Shown here one piece after another: positions 46,491 to 57,583 of a stretch of 64,000 nt of DNA. Every line of letters begins with the position of its first letter. Position 1 is the stretch's first letter. Both the position numbers and the translations under genes were made by a program. The DNA is taken from the IMG/VR virus record IMGVR_UViG_3300028394_000035; one strand, 5' to 3'. The DNA is from a virus. The notes beneath the pieces were generated by a model. It was not told where the DNA came from and did no database searches. It saw only the letters and a list, made by a program, of their open reading frames with translations.

Positions 46491-49400
46491 ATGCCGTTAT
46501 CAAGATTAGAAAACTTCCTAAAGAATGCTGAAGGAAATATTCTTTATGTAAATCCATCAGATTTTGATGCAACTGATAGTTATGAGAATAAAGGCAATTC
46601 GTTAACGAGACCTTTCAAATCTATTCAAAGAGCATTAATTGAGTCTGCAAGATTTTCTTATCAATCAGGAAGAAATAATGATAAGATTGATAAGACTACA
46701 ATTCTTGTATATCCAGGCACACATTATATTGATAATCGTCCTGGATATGTTTTAAATTCAAGTGCGGTTCTTTATCAAAGAACTGGTTCGGGTTCTGGTG
46801 CAACTTGGACTACGAGTGGTGCATCAATTACTGAACTGGGATCTTCATTCAATACAGATATTTTTAGTGCTTCAAATGACCTTTATAAGGCAAATTCTTC
46901 TTCTGGTGGTATCATTATATCTCGTGGCACCTCAATTATTGGATTAGATTTAAGAAAAACAAAAATCCGTCCACTTTTTATTCCAGATCCATTAGATGAT
47001 TATATTGATAATTCTTCTATTTTTAATGTAACTGGTACTTGTTATTTTAGTACATTTACATTTTTTGATGGTGATGTAAACCGAAGTGTTTATAAAAATT
47101 ATAATAATACATCATTTGTTCCTACTTTTTCACATCATAAGTTAACAGCATTTGCATATGCTGATGGTGTAAACGAAGTCAAAATAGGATCTACTGGAAC
47201 GGGTCTAACTGACCTTCAAATGTATTATTATAAATTGGCTTTGATGTATGGAACTGCATCAGGAAGACCACTTGCGGATTATCCAACTGGTAATGATTTT
47301 GAACCATCAGTAGACGAATATCGTATTGTTGGTAACTTAAATGCAAATGCGATTGGTATTACAAGTATTCGTGCTGGTGATGGAAATACCTCATCGCAAA
47401 TAATTACGGTAGATACATCTACAGAACACGGTTTATATGCTGATACTCCATTTTTGGTAAGTGGTGTTGGAATAGATACTGGTGTTTATAATGGATCTTT
47501 TACGGTAAAAGATGTTGTTGGACTTACAACATTTACATATAATGCAACAAGTTCTCCGGTAGTTCCTTTACCAGATCCAAATACACAATTACAAAATTCT
47601 CAAATTATTGTAGAAGTTGATAGTGTATCTTCTGCATCTCCTTATATTTTTAACTGCTCTTTAAGATCAGTTTATGGAATGTGTGGAATGTGGGCGGATG
47701 GTAGCAAAGCTACTGGATTTAAATCTATGGTTGTTGCTCAATATACTGGTATATCATTACAGAAAGATGATAATGCATATATTGAATATGATTATAGTAG
47801 CAAGTCATTTAAAAATAATGATGAATCGGAGTATTCACCATTACATACTCATTCTTATTCAATATATAAACCATCATTCGAAAACTATCATATCAGGGCA
47901 TCAAATGGTGCAATTATACAGGTAGTTTCTGTATTTGCAATTGGATTTGCAAGACATTTTGTTGCCGAAAGTGGTGGCGATATGTCTATCACAAACTCAA
48001 ATTCCAACTTTGGCGCAATATCATTAGAGTCGGTTGGATTTCGTGTTGATTCTTTTGATAGGGACAATAAAGGTTATATTACACACATTATTCCACCAAG
48101 GGAAGTCACTACAGCAGAAACCGAAAGCACTTGGTTATCATTAGATGTAGAACAAACAATATCAGTTGCAAATCCTTCTCGTTTATATTTGTTTGGATAT
48201 AAAAACCGAGAAATTGCTCCACCTCATCAAATTGATAGTTATCGTGTTGGCGCAAAGCAAGGAGATATGCTGAATTTACCTGTAACTGTGGGTACTTCAC
48301 TTTCGGCATATTCTGCTCCAATTTTAATGCAATCACCTGATGGAACTACATTTAGTTCTAAAAAAGTTTTTGTTGTTGGAAGAAATGCAGGAATTAATAG
48401 CATTTCAAATAATATTTTTACATTAACTAGTAATCATAAATTTTATAATGGAGAAAAGATTAGAGTTTTTAGTGATAATGCAGAAGCACCAAATAATATT
48501 GAATTAAATAAAGTTTATTATGTAAGTACAACTGGATCAGCAAATGGAATTAAAATTTCTCCAACATATAATGATGCAATTGCTGCAACACCAAGAACAA
48601 TTAGTGGAATTAATAATCTTGGCGGAAATTTAAGAATAGTTAGTTCGGCAACAGATAAACAACCAGGAGAAGTTGGATATCCAATTCAATATGATACGGC
48701 AGTATCATCTTGGTATATTAATAGTTCTTCTACACAAGATAATACAATTTATTCTATAATTGTAGGTCTTGGTACAACTGGTCTTGGATTAGAAAGTGGT
48801 TCTACATTTATCAAAAGAAAATTAGATAATCGTTCTCTTTCGGATCGTGTTTATAAGATGCGGTATGTGATACCAAAAGAAGCAACAAATGCTCGTCCTC
48901 CTGTTGCTGGATATATTATTCAAGAAACCAGTACAACTGGAATTGGAAGTGCAAGTATTTTAACTGGTGGTCTTTCTAGTCCTTTGGATTTAAGAAATCC
49001 AAAGATTATTACGAATGCTTCATATTCTTCAAATACAATCACCATTACAACCGAACTTCCACATAATTTTAAAACTGGTGATATTGTAAAAATACAAAAC
49101 ATCAAAAGTAGCAATAATCCAGTTGGAACTGCTTCTTCTGTTTATAATGGTTCATTTAAGATTTCGTCAATTCCAGGTTCAAAAACTTTTGCAATTGCTG
49201 GAATTTCTACAAATCCTGGATCATTTACAAATATTACAAATCAAAGAACAACAAATCAACAAGTTGCTGCACTTCCAAGAGTTTATCGTGAAAGATACGA
49301 AAATACATTCTTCGTTTACCGAATAGACGAAATCAAAAAGCATATTCCTGGTTCTTCTATTTCCGGTCAGGATGGAATTTATCATTTAACTGTGATGAGC

Positions 49401-52400
49401 TCGGATGTTTCGCCATCACTTGCAAATGTTGGATATGGTATTAGTCTTAAAAATTTCAATCAGGATGTAAGAAATCTTTATCCTCAAATGGATCGTGATA
49501 ATTATAACTCTGATCCAAATGAAACATCTTCTTATGGAAATGTTAAACCTCTTGGTACTGTAAATGTTGATGATAAAAGAAATTCAGTTACAAAAGAAGC
49601 AATTAATACATTTTTAAAAGAAAATACTGTTGGATATGCAATTACAGGAGCAATTGCAAGTGGAACTGCGGTTACGTTCTTTACAGATAGAGAACACAAT
49701 CTAAATTCAATTAAAACTATATCATTAACTAGTGGTGGTTCTGGTTATGGATCTACTACTCTTTATTCTGCCGAACTTGTAAATGTTTCAATTGTAGGAA
49801 AAAATGGTTCGGTAAAAGCAACTTTAGGTGGTGGTGGTGGAATTTCAGCAGTTGAAATTGTAGATGGTGGTGCTGCTTATGGTGTTGGAAATACGATGAC
49901 GGTATCAGGAGGAACATCTCTTGCTGTTGTAGATGTAACTTCCATAAACAATAATGTAAATGATGCATTACAAGTTGTAGGATTTGCAAGTGAAGGATAT
50001 AATGGTGTGTTTAGAATTACTGCGGTTCCTAATGCAAAATCAATTACTGTTTATAATCCAAATAATGTAACAGCATTTGTATCTAGAACAGACGGAAAAT
50101 CACCTTTTGTATCTGTTGTAGGTAAAGGTTCTTCAATATCGAATTTAATTTTTTCTGATATTAGAACTGGTATTACAACTGTTACTACAACAAGTTCTCA
50201 CGGTCTTATTGTTGGAAATAAGTTTTCAATTGTTGGTACTGGAAAAACTATTTTTGATAGTTCATTTACAGTTAAAGAAGTTGTAGGAATTAATACATTT
50301 ACATTTAATGTTGGTAATTTAACATCAACAGAAGTATATAATGGTAATGGATATGTACTAAGACAAGGAATTGCAGCAAATGCTCTTTCTGTTGGTGAAG
50401 GAGAAATTAATCTTGCAGGACGTATATCTTACATTTATGCAGGTATCAGCACTACAATTTCTGTCGCATTAAGTGCTTCTGATACATCCATTACTCTTGC
50501 ATCTATTGGTGGATTTTCGAAAGGAGATTATTTGCAAATTAATGCAGAAGTTTTGCGTATACAAAATGATGCTTGTACTAATGTACTTCGTGGTCAGTTT
50601 GGTACAATTGCTGCTGCATATGATAACGGAACACTTGCAAAGAAAATAAGAGTAATTCCAATTCAATTTCATCGTCCGTCTTATCTTCGTGCATCAGGTC
50701 ATACATTTGAGTATCTTGGATTTGGTCCAGGTAACTATTCAACTGGTATGCCTCAAAAGCAAGATAGAATATTAAGTGGAGATGAAGTTATTGCTTCGCA
50801 AGCTAGAGAACAAGATGGCGGAACAATTGTTTATACTGGAATGAATGATAATGGTGAATTTTATTCTGGTGCAAAAAAACTTATTTCTGTAACTGGCGAA
50901 GAAGAAATATTTGATGCACCTGTATTTACATATACTGGCGATGATGCAAATACAGATAGCACAAAAAGATTAAGTGGTATATATGATGATTTGGTGGTAA
51001 GAGATCGTATTACGGTAGAGGGTGGAGAAAATAATAATCAAACTTCACAATTTTATGGTCCAGTTAATTTTACACAAAAAGTTACAAGTACTGCTGCTGC
51101 TGGTGTTGAAGTTAAAAACTTATACATTAAGGGAAATACGGCACAATCAAAATTAATTACTGTTGGTATTTCTACACCAACTACTGCTGATATTCCTGGT
51201 GCTCGTACTGGTGATATTTCATTATCTGGAACACCACAACTAGGTGGTTATCTTGGTCACATTTATATTAATGGAGATTGGAGAAGATTTGGAGTAATCA
51301 GTTCTCAAAAGGATTTGGGTTACTATAGAATGGATAAATTGGGAATTGGTGAAACAACATCAGTTTTTAATGGTACTCAACTTTTTGAAGTGAATGGGCA
51401 AGCATTAGTTAAAGATCTTTATGTGACTGGAAATGTAACATTTGCAGCACAACAAACTTTTTCAAGTCTTGCATTTGAAGGTATTACAATTTATAATGGA
51501 GCTACTTTTCCTGGAACAAATGCAAGTGGTGGAATTACAACTGCTTATACGCAAAGACACGTACAGGGCATTTCACAACTTTATAATTTAGAAGTTACTG
51601 GTACTGCGGCAACATTTACAAATGCAAAACTGACAGTTCAAAGTTCATTTAATTCTACATTTACTGGACTTTCTACTTTTGCCGGTCAATTAAATATTGG
51701 TATTTCGTCAATTGGAAATCTAAATGTTGTTGGTATGACTACTACCAGCAATTTAAATGTAACTGGTATTACATCAGCAACATTTGGAGGAACTATCGGT
51801 GCTGGATTTACTGGTTCTACATCTGGAATTACAACATTAAGAGCATCTGCTGTTGCTTCTGGTATTCTTACATTACCTGCTACAACTGATACATTAGTTG
51901 CAAAAAATACAACAGATATTTTAACAAATAAATCAATTGCTGCTGGTTCAAATACTATCACAGGTCTCACGAATACTAATCTTTCTGGGTCTGCTGGTAT
52001 TACAAATGCAAATCTAGCAACTCCTACGATTTCTGGTATTTCACTTGGAAGTAATCTTGCAACATTAACATTTGGGACATATTTGTCTGGAACTTCTTAT
52101 AATGGTTCTACTGCGGTTACGATTGCAACAAATGCTACAAGTTCTAATACTGGAAGTACATTAGTTGCTCGTGATGCTTCTGGTGACTTTACAGCAAATA
52201 GAATTACTTCATCCATTAAAGCGAATGGATTGACTGAAGGTGTAACTATAAGTGCTTCTGCTCTTACTGGTTCTAATAATATTGATTTAATTGCAAATAA
52301 TGTTTATCTTTATACTGCAAATACATCAGGAAACTTTACATTTAATTTCCGTGCAAATTCTTCTACTTCGTTAAATACATTCCTTTCAGTAGGAGAGTCA

Positions 52401-52613
52401 ATTACTGTTGCAATCTTAACTACACAAGGGTCAACTGCATATTATAATACAGCAATTACAATAGATGGAAATGCAGTCACGCCAAAATGGTATGGTGAAG
52501 TCACACCAACATCTGGAAATGTAAATGGTATTGATGTTTATACCTATGTGATTATAAAAACTGCTAGTGCTACATTTACTGTAATTGCATCACAATCACA
52601 ATATAAGGCTTGA
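46491..52613 (+). CDS. Very large virion structural/fibre protein (2040 aa)
   Basis: MPLSRLENFLKN, beta-helix motifs (SPYIFNCS, TNSNSNFG, ASGHTFEY), fibre-like C-terminus; CTAAATA at 46454-46460. Confidence 0.8.
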   Translation: MPLSRLENFLKNAEGNILYVNPSDFDATDSYENKGNSLTRPFKSIQRALIESARFSYQSGRNNDKIDKTTILVYPGTHYIDNRPGYVLNSSAVLYQRTGSGSGATWTTSGASITELGSSFNTDIFSASNDLYKANSSSGGIIISRGTSIIGLDLRKTKIRPLFIPDPLDDYIDNSSIFNVTGTCYFSTFTFFDGDVNRSVYKNYNNTSFVPTFSHHKLTAFAYADGVNEVKIGSTGTGLTDLQMYYYKLALMYGTASGRPLADYPTGNDFEPSVDEYRIVGNLNANAIGITSIRAGDGNTSSQIITVDTSTEHGLYADTPFLVSGVGIDTGVYNGSFTVKDVVGLTTFTYNATSSPVVPLPDPNTQLQNSQIIVEVDSVSSASPYIFNCSLRSVYGMCGMWADGSKATGFKSMVVAQYTGISLQKDDNAYIEYDYSSKSFKNNDESEYSPLHTHSYSIYKPSFENYHIRASNGAIIQVVSVFAIGFARHFVAESGGDMSITNSNSNFGAISLESVGFRVDSFDRDNKGYITHIIPPREVTTAETESTWLSLDVEQTISVANPSRLYLFGYKNREIAPPHQIDSYRVGAKQGDMLNLPVTVGTSLSAYSAPILMQSPDGTTFSSKKVFVVGRNAGINSISNNIFTLTSNHKFYNGEKIRVFSDNAEAPNNIELNKVYYVSTTGSANGIKISPTYNDAIAATPRTISGINNLGGNLRIVSSATDKQPGEVGYPIQYDTAVSSWYINSSSTQDNTIYSIIVGLGTTGLGLESGSTFIKRKLDNRSLSDRVYKMRYVIPKEATNARPPVAGYIIQETSTTGIGSASILTGGLSSPLDLRNPKIITNASYSSNTITITTELPHNFKTGDIVKIQNIKSSNNPVGTASSVYNGSFKISSIPGSKTFAIAGISTNPGSFTNITNQRTTNQQVAALPRVYRERYENTFFVYRIDEIKKHIPGSSISGQDGIYHLTVMSSDVSPSLANVGYGISLKNFNQDVRNLYPQMDRDNYNSDPNETSSYGNVKPLGTVNVDDKRNSVTKEAINTFLKENTVGYAITGAIASGTAVTFFTDREHNLNSIKTISLTSGGSGYGSTTLYSAELVNVSIVGKNGSVKATLGGGGGISAVEIVDGGAAYGVGNTMTVSGGTSLAVVDVTSINNNVNDALQVVGFASEGYNGVFRITAVPNAKSITVYNPNNVTAFVSRTDGKSPFVSVVGKGSSISNLIFSDIRTGITTVTTTSSHGLIVGNKFSIVGTGKTIFDSSFTVKEVVGINTFTFNVGNLTSTEVYNGNGYVLRQGIAANALSVGEGEINLAGRISYIYAGISTTISVALSASDTSITLASIGGFSKGDYLQINAEVLRIQNDACTNVLRGQFGTIAAAYDNGTLAKKIRVIPIQFHRPSYLRASGHTFEYLGFGPGNYSTGMPQKQDRILSGDEVIASQAREQDGGTIVYTGMNDNGEFYSGAKKLISVTGEEEIFDAPVFTYTGDDANTDSTKRLSGIYDDLVVRDRITVEGGENNNQTSQFYGPVNFTQKVTSTAAAGVEVKNLYIKGNTAQSKLITVGISTPTTADIPGARTGDISLSGTPQLGGYLGHIYINGDWRRFGVISSQKDLGYYRMDKLGIGETTSVFNGTQLFEVNGQALVKDLYVTGNVTFAAQQTFSSLAFEGITIYNGATFPGTNASGGITTAYTQRHVQGISQLYNLEVTGTAATFTNAKLTVQSSFNSTFTGLSTFAGQLNIGISSIGNLNVVGMTTTSNLNVTGITSATFGGTIGAGFTGSTSGITTLRASAVASGILTLPATTDTLVAKNTTDILTNKSIAAGSNTITGLTNTNLSGSAGITNANLATPTISGISLGSNLATLTFGTYLSGTSYNGSTAVTIATNATSSNTGSTLVARDASGDFTANRITSSIKANGLTEGVTISASALTGSNNIDLIANNVYLYTANTSGNFTFNFRANSSTSLNTFLSVGESITVAILTTQGSTAYYNTAITIDGNAVTPKWYGEVTPTSGNVNGIDVYTYVIIKTASATFTVIASQSQYKA

Positions 52614-52619
52614 TACTAA

Positions 52620-55112
52620 ATGTCTCCACTTTTAGGTTCTACTGGTTTAGTTTCTTATTATTCTTATAGAGGAAATATTGATACACTTCCTGATGTGTTT
52701 TCAATTGGTGCAGATGTTACAGATGTAGAAATAGATGCAGAAATCACAAGAACAACTACAATTACTGGTATTAACTATAAAGCAAAAGTAACACCAAGTT
52801 CTGGTGCTACAATATCTGTAAATGGAAGTGCATATACTTCTACACCACAATATGTAAAAAACAATCAATCAATATCAATTAAATTTACACCAACTGACTA
52901 TGAAACAACTTATACTGTATCATTAACTGTTGGAAAACGAAGTGATGCTTATACTATTCTTACAAGAAATCGCCCAGAAGATGGAATACCTAATGCATTT
53001 AGTTTTACCGATCAAACAGATGTAGATCCACCATTTAGAACTAATGTAGAAAGTAATGTAATAACTTTAAGTGGAATGTCTAATGTTCCTTCTGGGCAAA
53101 CACCAAGAACAAATGATATTGGAACTGCAAGTATTAGTGGAAATAGCGCTCAATTTAAAGTTACAAGAGGCGGAACGGTAGTAAGAGATTATGGAACTGG
53201 AAATTTTTCAGTTATAAATGGAGACCAGATACAGTTGCGTATGAATGCAGGAGGAAATGCACAAACAGTTTCTACTACATTTAGTGTAACTGGAACTGAT
53301 ACTACAAATTTAGCAAGTCCTGTTACATCAACTGTAAGTGATACTTGGAGTATTACATCTAGAACTTATACTGCAACTATTACTTTAAGTGCAAGTCCAG
53401 GTACGGTGGATTATAATACAGCATCAACGATTAGTTGGACTTCACAAAATATTAGTGGTCCAATTAATATTACTAATATTGGAAATGTTAATGATGCAAG
53501 TGGTAGTAGATCTACTGGAAATTTAAATGGAGGTGCTAGTGGTGGTTCTAGATCATTTACAGCAACTGCAAATACATTATATTCACCACCAGCAACAGTC
53601 ACATCAAATACGGTAACAGTAAATATAAATCCACCACCAGCACCAAGTGTATCATTAAGTTCTGGTAGTAATAGTATTGCTTATAATAGTTCAACAACAT
53701 TATCTTGGAGTTCTAGTAATGCTACAAGTGTGAATAGTTCTACTGATAATTTTGCTGGAAGTAATCTAAGCGGAAGTAATGTTAGTACTGGTAATCTTAC
53801 ACAGTCAAAAACTTATACGATTAGAGTAAATGGCGTAGAAGGACAAGTATCATCACCATCAAGTGTGACGATAAATGTAGCTGCACCACCAGTACCAACA
53901 GTATCATTAACTGCTGATAGTACAAATATTTCATATAATGGTTCAACGACTTTGAGGTGGAGTTCTAGTAATGCTACAAGTGTGAATAGTTCTACTGATA
54001 ATTTTGCTGGTTCTAGCACAAGCGGAAGTGTTAGTACTGGTAATCTTACACAGTCAAAAACTTATACGATTGTACTTAATGGTCTTGAAGGTCAAACTGC
54101 AACTTCTAGTGTAACTATAACAGTACCAGAAGAACCAGAAATCGTAAAATATATTACTTCAAATACAACAAATGCAGATGCTCAAAGTTATTTTGGGTCA
54201 ACTGATTGGACAAGAAGTGTAAGAAAGAGATTAGTAATTAATGGTGGTGTTGTGGTTGGTTCAACCAATCCTAGTGCTGCAGCACTTAGCATTACGGCTG
54301 GAGTTGTTGGTGCTTTTGTATTAGAAAATAATGGTTCCATTCAAGGTGCTGGTGGTCTTGGTGGAATAGCAAATGGCGGAAATGGCGGAAAGGGCGGAAA
54401 TGCTATTATTATTAATAATAAAGGAACTGGTGGTACGGTAAGTATTACAAATAATGGAAGCATTTATGCTGGCGGCGGTGGCGGCGGTGCTGGAACCAAA
54501 GGTGGTACTGGCGGTCAAGGTGGTTCTGGTAGTAATACTTATTTGGTTAGTCAATCTTTTCCAAATGCAGGAACATGCACTAGTAATTTTAATTTGTGCT
54601 TTTTTGGCGCTCCAAGTCCTGGAAGAACGGCAGCTTGTCAAATTTACAACGCACAATGTTGTGGTAGTCAGCAAGGTTGCCCAAATAATGAATATGCTAC
54701 AGTAGATACAACAGGAGGAAACGGAGGAGAAGGCGGAAATGGTGGAAATGGTGGTGTAGGACAAGGATACGCCCAAAATGCTGCGGGTGGTGCTGCTGGT
54801 GCTGCTGGTGCTGCTGGTGCTGCTGGAGGTACAAATGCTGGTAGTGGTGGAAATGGGGGAACCGGTGGGACTGGTGGAACTGGCGGAGGTCTTGGTGCCG
54901 ATGGTTCTAATGGGTCACAAGGAAATACTGGTGATACTGGAGCATCCGGAAATGTAGGTAGTGGTTCTGGCGGACTTGCCGGAGAACTTCCAGTTGGAAT
55001 AAGAGGACTTGTTGGATATTATATTAACGGAATTGATAATTTAAATGGAGGTGTTGGTGGAACAGTAGGCGGAAGAACAAAAAATATAGGAGATCCAGCA
55101 ACAACTAACTGA
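52620..55112 (+). CDS. Tail-fibre-like protein with Ig-like repeats and a Gly-rich tip
   Basis: PNAFSFTDQ cadherin/Ig-like modules, duplicated LSWSSSNATS module, LVINGGVVVGS and GGGGGAG glycine-rich adhesin-like region. Confidence 0.75.
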   Translation: MSPLLGSTGLVSYYSYRGNIDTLPDVFSIGADVTDVEIDAEITRTTTITGINYKAKVTPSSGATISVNGSAYTSTPQYVKNNQSISIKFTPTDYETTYTVSLTVGKRSDAYTILTRNRPEDGIPNAFSFTDQTDVDPPFRTNVESNVITLSGMSNVPSGQTPRTNDIGTASISGNSAQFKVTRGGTVVRDYGTGNFSVINGDQIQLRMNAGGNAQTVSTTFSVTGTDTTNLASPVTSTVSDTWSITSRTYTATITLSASPGTVDYNTASTISWTSQNISGPINITNIGNVNDASGSRSTGNLNGGASGGSRSFTATANTLYSPPATVTSNTVTVNINPPPAPSVSLSSGSNSIAYNSSTTLSWSSSNATSVNSSTDNFAGSNLSGSNVSTGNLTQSKTYTIRVNGVEGQVSSPSSVTINVAAPPVPTVSLTADSTNISYNGSTTLRWSSSNATSVNSSTDNFAGSSTSGSVSTGNLTQSKTYTIVLNGLEGQTATSSVTITVPEEPEIVKYITSNTTNADAQSYFGSTDWTRSVRKRLVINGGVVVGSTNPSAAALSITAGVVGAFVLENNGSIQGAGGLGGIANGGNGGKGGNAIIINNKGTGGTVSITNNGSIYAGGGGGGAGTKGGTGGQGGSGSNTYLVSQSFPNAGTCTSNFNLCFFGAPSPGRTAACQIYNAQCCGSQQGCPNNEYATVDTTGGNGGEGGNGGNGGVGQGYAQNAAGGAAGAAGAAGAAGGTNAGSGGNGGTGGTGGTGGGLGADGSNGSQGNTGDTGASGNVGSGSGGLAGELPVGIRGLVGYYINGIDNLNGGVGGTVGGRTKNIGDPATTN

Positions 55113-55143
55113 TAATAAATAAAACGAACTTTAAAATGTTATA

Positions 55144-55467
55144 ATGACTGAAAATCAATATCCTTCTTTACCAGAACAAGGAAAAAACTTAGCTAAGTTT
55201 AGTTTTGATTTGATTAAAAATGCACTTCAAGGTGGAGGACTTATAGTTTCTGCCGAAGTACAAGCACAAAGATTAGAAACTTGTAAAACTTGTGAATGGT
55301 ATGATGATACTCAAACTAAATGTAAACATTGCGGATGTTTTCTTCCTGCTAAAGTTTCCTTTGCATTAGATAGTTGTCCTGTAGGAAAATGGAAAGAAAA
55401 TGAAGAAACGTGGATGAATGAAAAGTTTGATGAGATTATGAAAAAGACCCAAGACCAACAATCCTAA
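55144..55467 (+). CDS. Cys-rich zinc-finger-like protein
   Basis: RLETCKTC...KCKHCGCFLPAK...SCPVGKW; ATAAATA at 55115. Confidence 0.75.
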   Translation: MTENQYPSLPEQGKNLAKFSFDLIKNALQGGGLIVSAEVQAQRLETCKTCEWYDDTQTKCKHCGCFLPAKVSFALDSCPVGKWKENEETWMNEKFDEIMKKTQDQQS

Positions 55468-55494
55468 ATAAAATCATAGTTATTTTATATACAT

Positions 55495-55659
55495 ATGAAA
55501 CCACAAGAAATGCTTGATACTTTGATTGAAAAGTCATCAAAACTGCAACAAGAACTTTTGGATCTTGAAAGAGATTTTAATATTAAAAAAGAACAGTTTA
55601 TTCGTCATCAAGGAGCTATTGAAGCACTTCAAATTGTTATTCAAGAAGAAGATTTATAA
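55495..55659 (+). CDS. Small coiled-coil protein (54 aa), not in the ORF track
   Basis: MKPQEMLDTLIEK...QGAIEALQ; CTAAATA at 55464. Confidence 0.7.
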   Translation: MKPQEMLDTLIEKSSKLQQELLDLERDFNIKKEQFIRHQGAIEALQIVIQEEDL

Positions 55660-55719
55660 ATAAACAAAAGGACTTATATAAGTTCTGTTTTTAATGGTAT
55701 ATACCGAGAATGAATATCA

Positions 55720-57579
55720 ATGGCAACTCCTTTTAGAATTAAAAGGTCTGCGATACCGGGCAAGAAACCGGTAGTTGCAGATTTACAGTTAGGCGAATTA
55801 GCACTTAATACTTATGATGCAGAACTTTATACTACAAGAGAAAGAAGTGGTATAGGTACTGATGTTGTAAGACTTGGTGCCGGTACAACAGTTACAAATA
55901 TTCTTTATGTTACGAAAGATGGAAGTGATACAAACACAGGAAGAAAACTTGGAGACGCAAAAGCAACAATCGCAGGAGCAATCGCAGCAGCAGGAACAGG
56001 AACTGTTATTAAAGTTAGTGCTGGATCTTATGTAGAAAATAACCCAGTTATTATTCCAGAACAAGTCTCAATTATTGGTGATAGTTTAAGAGAAGTATCA
56101 GTATCACCACAGAATGCAAATCAAGATTTGTTTTATGTTGCAAATGGTGATTATATTGCAGAAATGTCCTTTACTGGGTCATTAAATTCTGGTAAGGCAA
56201 TCTTTGCATTTAATCCAAGTCAAGTTGGATATTTTAATCAGTCTCCTTATGTTCAGAACTGCACTAACTTTATTCCAAATAGTATTGGAATGAAGATTGA
56301 TGGTTCCAAGGCAATAGGACCATTAAAGTCGATGGTTGTGGACTCTTATACTCAATATAATCAAGGTGGTATTGGAGTTTCAATTACAAATGAAGGATAT
56401 GCCCAGTTAGTTTCTATTTTTACTATTTGTGATGATATTGCTATTTTCTGTGGTTCTGGTTCTGCTTGTGATTTAACGAACTCTAACTCATCATTTGGTA
56501 ATTATGGATTAGTTGCCGATGGTGTTGGTCCAAAGAAATATACCGGTATCATTACAACTGCCGCAGCAGCCGATAGTGATACTTTTGTTTTGAATTTAAA
56601 TGTTCCAACACTTGGAATACAGACTGCTGTCTATAATAATACTGTTGGAATTATCACAATTACCACGACCACAAATCACAACTTTAATGTTGGAATGGGT
56701 GTTTCAATTGCCGGACTTGGATTTACCTGTCCTTCTGGACCTGGAATTTCTACTTTTCCTTCTGGAAACTTTGGATATATCTTTGAGGTTGCTGCTATTG
56801 GTGCCGCAAATAGTTTCTCCGCTTATGTTGGAGTTTCTACACTTTCGCATACCTATAATTCTGGTGGAACTGTTAAAATAAATACCACAAGACCTTATGA
56901 TGGTCAGGTAGTGTATTTTGATAAACTTTATTATACTGTTGGAAGTGTGACTATTGGTTCTGGTGGAACTGGTTATACTCAAAATGTAGACATTACTTTT
57001 AGTGACCCAAGTGAACCTTGGGGAGTTTCTGCAACTGCCGTAGGTGAAGTTACAAATGGTTCTGTGACTTCTGTGGAAATGGTTTCTAATGGAAGAGGAT
57101 ATACAGGAATACCAACAGTAACTTTTGCATCACCAAACTCTGGAATTAATACTGCAACAGGAACTGCAAATCTAATTCCAACTTATTATTCTATATTAAG
57201 GTCAACACCAATATCTGGTGGTATTTGCACGATTACGGTGAATGATAATGTTCCTTATGCAGTTGGTCTTGGTTCAACTGTTCCTTTCTTTAAGCAAAGT
57301 CGAGTATTAGCATCGGGTCATTCTTTGGAATACATTGGTTCTGGAACTAATATTAATGGTGCTCTTCCTAATCAAGGTGGAGTTACAATTCAAGAAAATG
57401 AAATTGATATGAAAAATGGTGGTCTGGTTGTATTCACATCAACAGACCAATCAGGTAATTTTCGTATTGGTGATGGTGTTGTGATTAATCAACAAACCGG
57501 AACTATTTCTGGTAGTTTTTATTCAAAGAGTTTATTTTCTGCAATGACTCCATTTATTTTAGCACTCGGAGGAGAATAA
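55720..57579 (+). CDS. Virion protein with an Mtd-N-like N-terminus and beta-helix; paralog of the C-terminal half of 36662..40153
   Basis: FRIKRSAIPGKKP..LQLGELALNTYD; SPYVQNCTNF; SGHSLEYIGSG; TATAAATA at 55655. Confidence 0.8.
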   Translation: MATPFRIKRSAIPGKKPVVADLQLGELALNTYDAELYTTRERSGIGTDVVRLGAGTTVTNILYVTKDGSDTNTGRKLGDAKATIAGAIAAAGTGTVIKVSAGSYVENNPVIIPEQVSIIGDSLREVSVSPQNANQDLFYVANGDYIAEMSFTGSLNSGKAIFAFNPSQVGYFNQSPYVQNCTNFIPNSIGMKIDGSKAIGPLKSMVVDSYTQYNQGGIGVSITNEGYAQLVSIFTICDDIAIFCGSGSACDLTNSNSSFGNYGLVADGVGPKKYTGIITTAAAADSDTFVLNLNVPTLGIQTAVYNNTVGIITITTTTNHNFNVGMGVSIAGLGFTCPSGPGISTFPSGNFGYIFEVAAIGAANSFSAYVGVSTLSHTYNSGGTVKINTTRPYDGQVVYFDKLYYTVGSVTIGSGGTGYTQNVDITFSDPSEPWGVSATAVGEVTNGSVTSVEMVSNGRGYTGIPTVTFASPNSGINTATGTANLIPTYYSILRSTPISGGICTITVNDNVPYAVGLGSTVPFFKQSRVLASGHSLEYIGSGTNINGALPNQGGVTIQENEIDMKNGGLVVFTSTDQSGNFRIGDGVVINQQTGTISGSFYSKSLFSAMTPFILALGGE

Positions 57580-57583
57580 CCAA

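Noticed and set aside
39125-56423. Possible DGR template/variable repeat pairs
   Set aside because: The mismatches are not adenine-specific, the repeats are in frame within coding regions, and no reverse transcriptase is present in the window.
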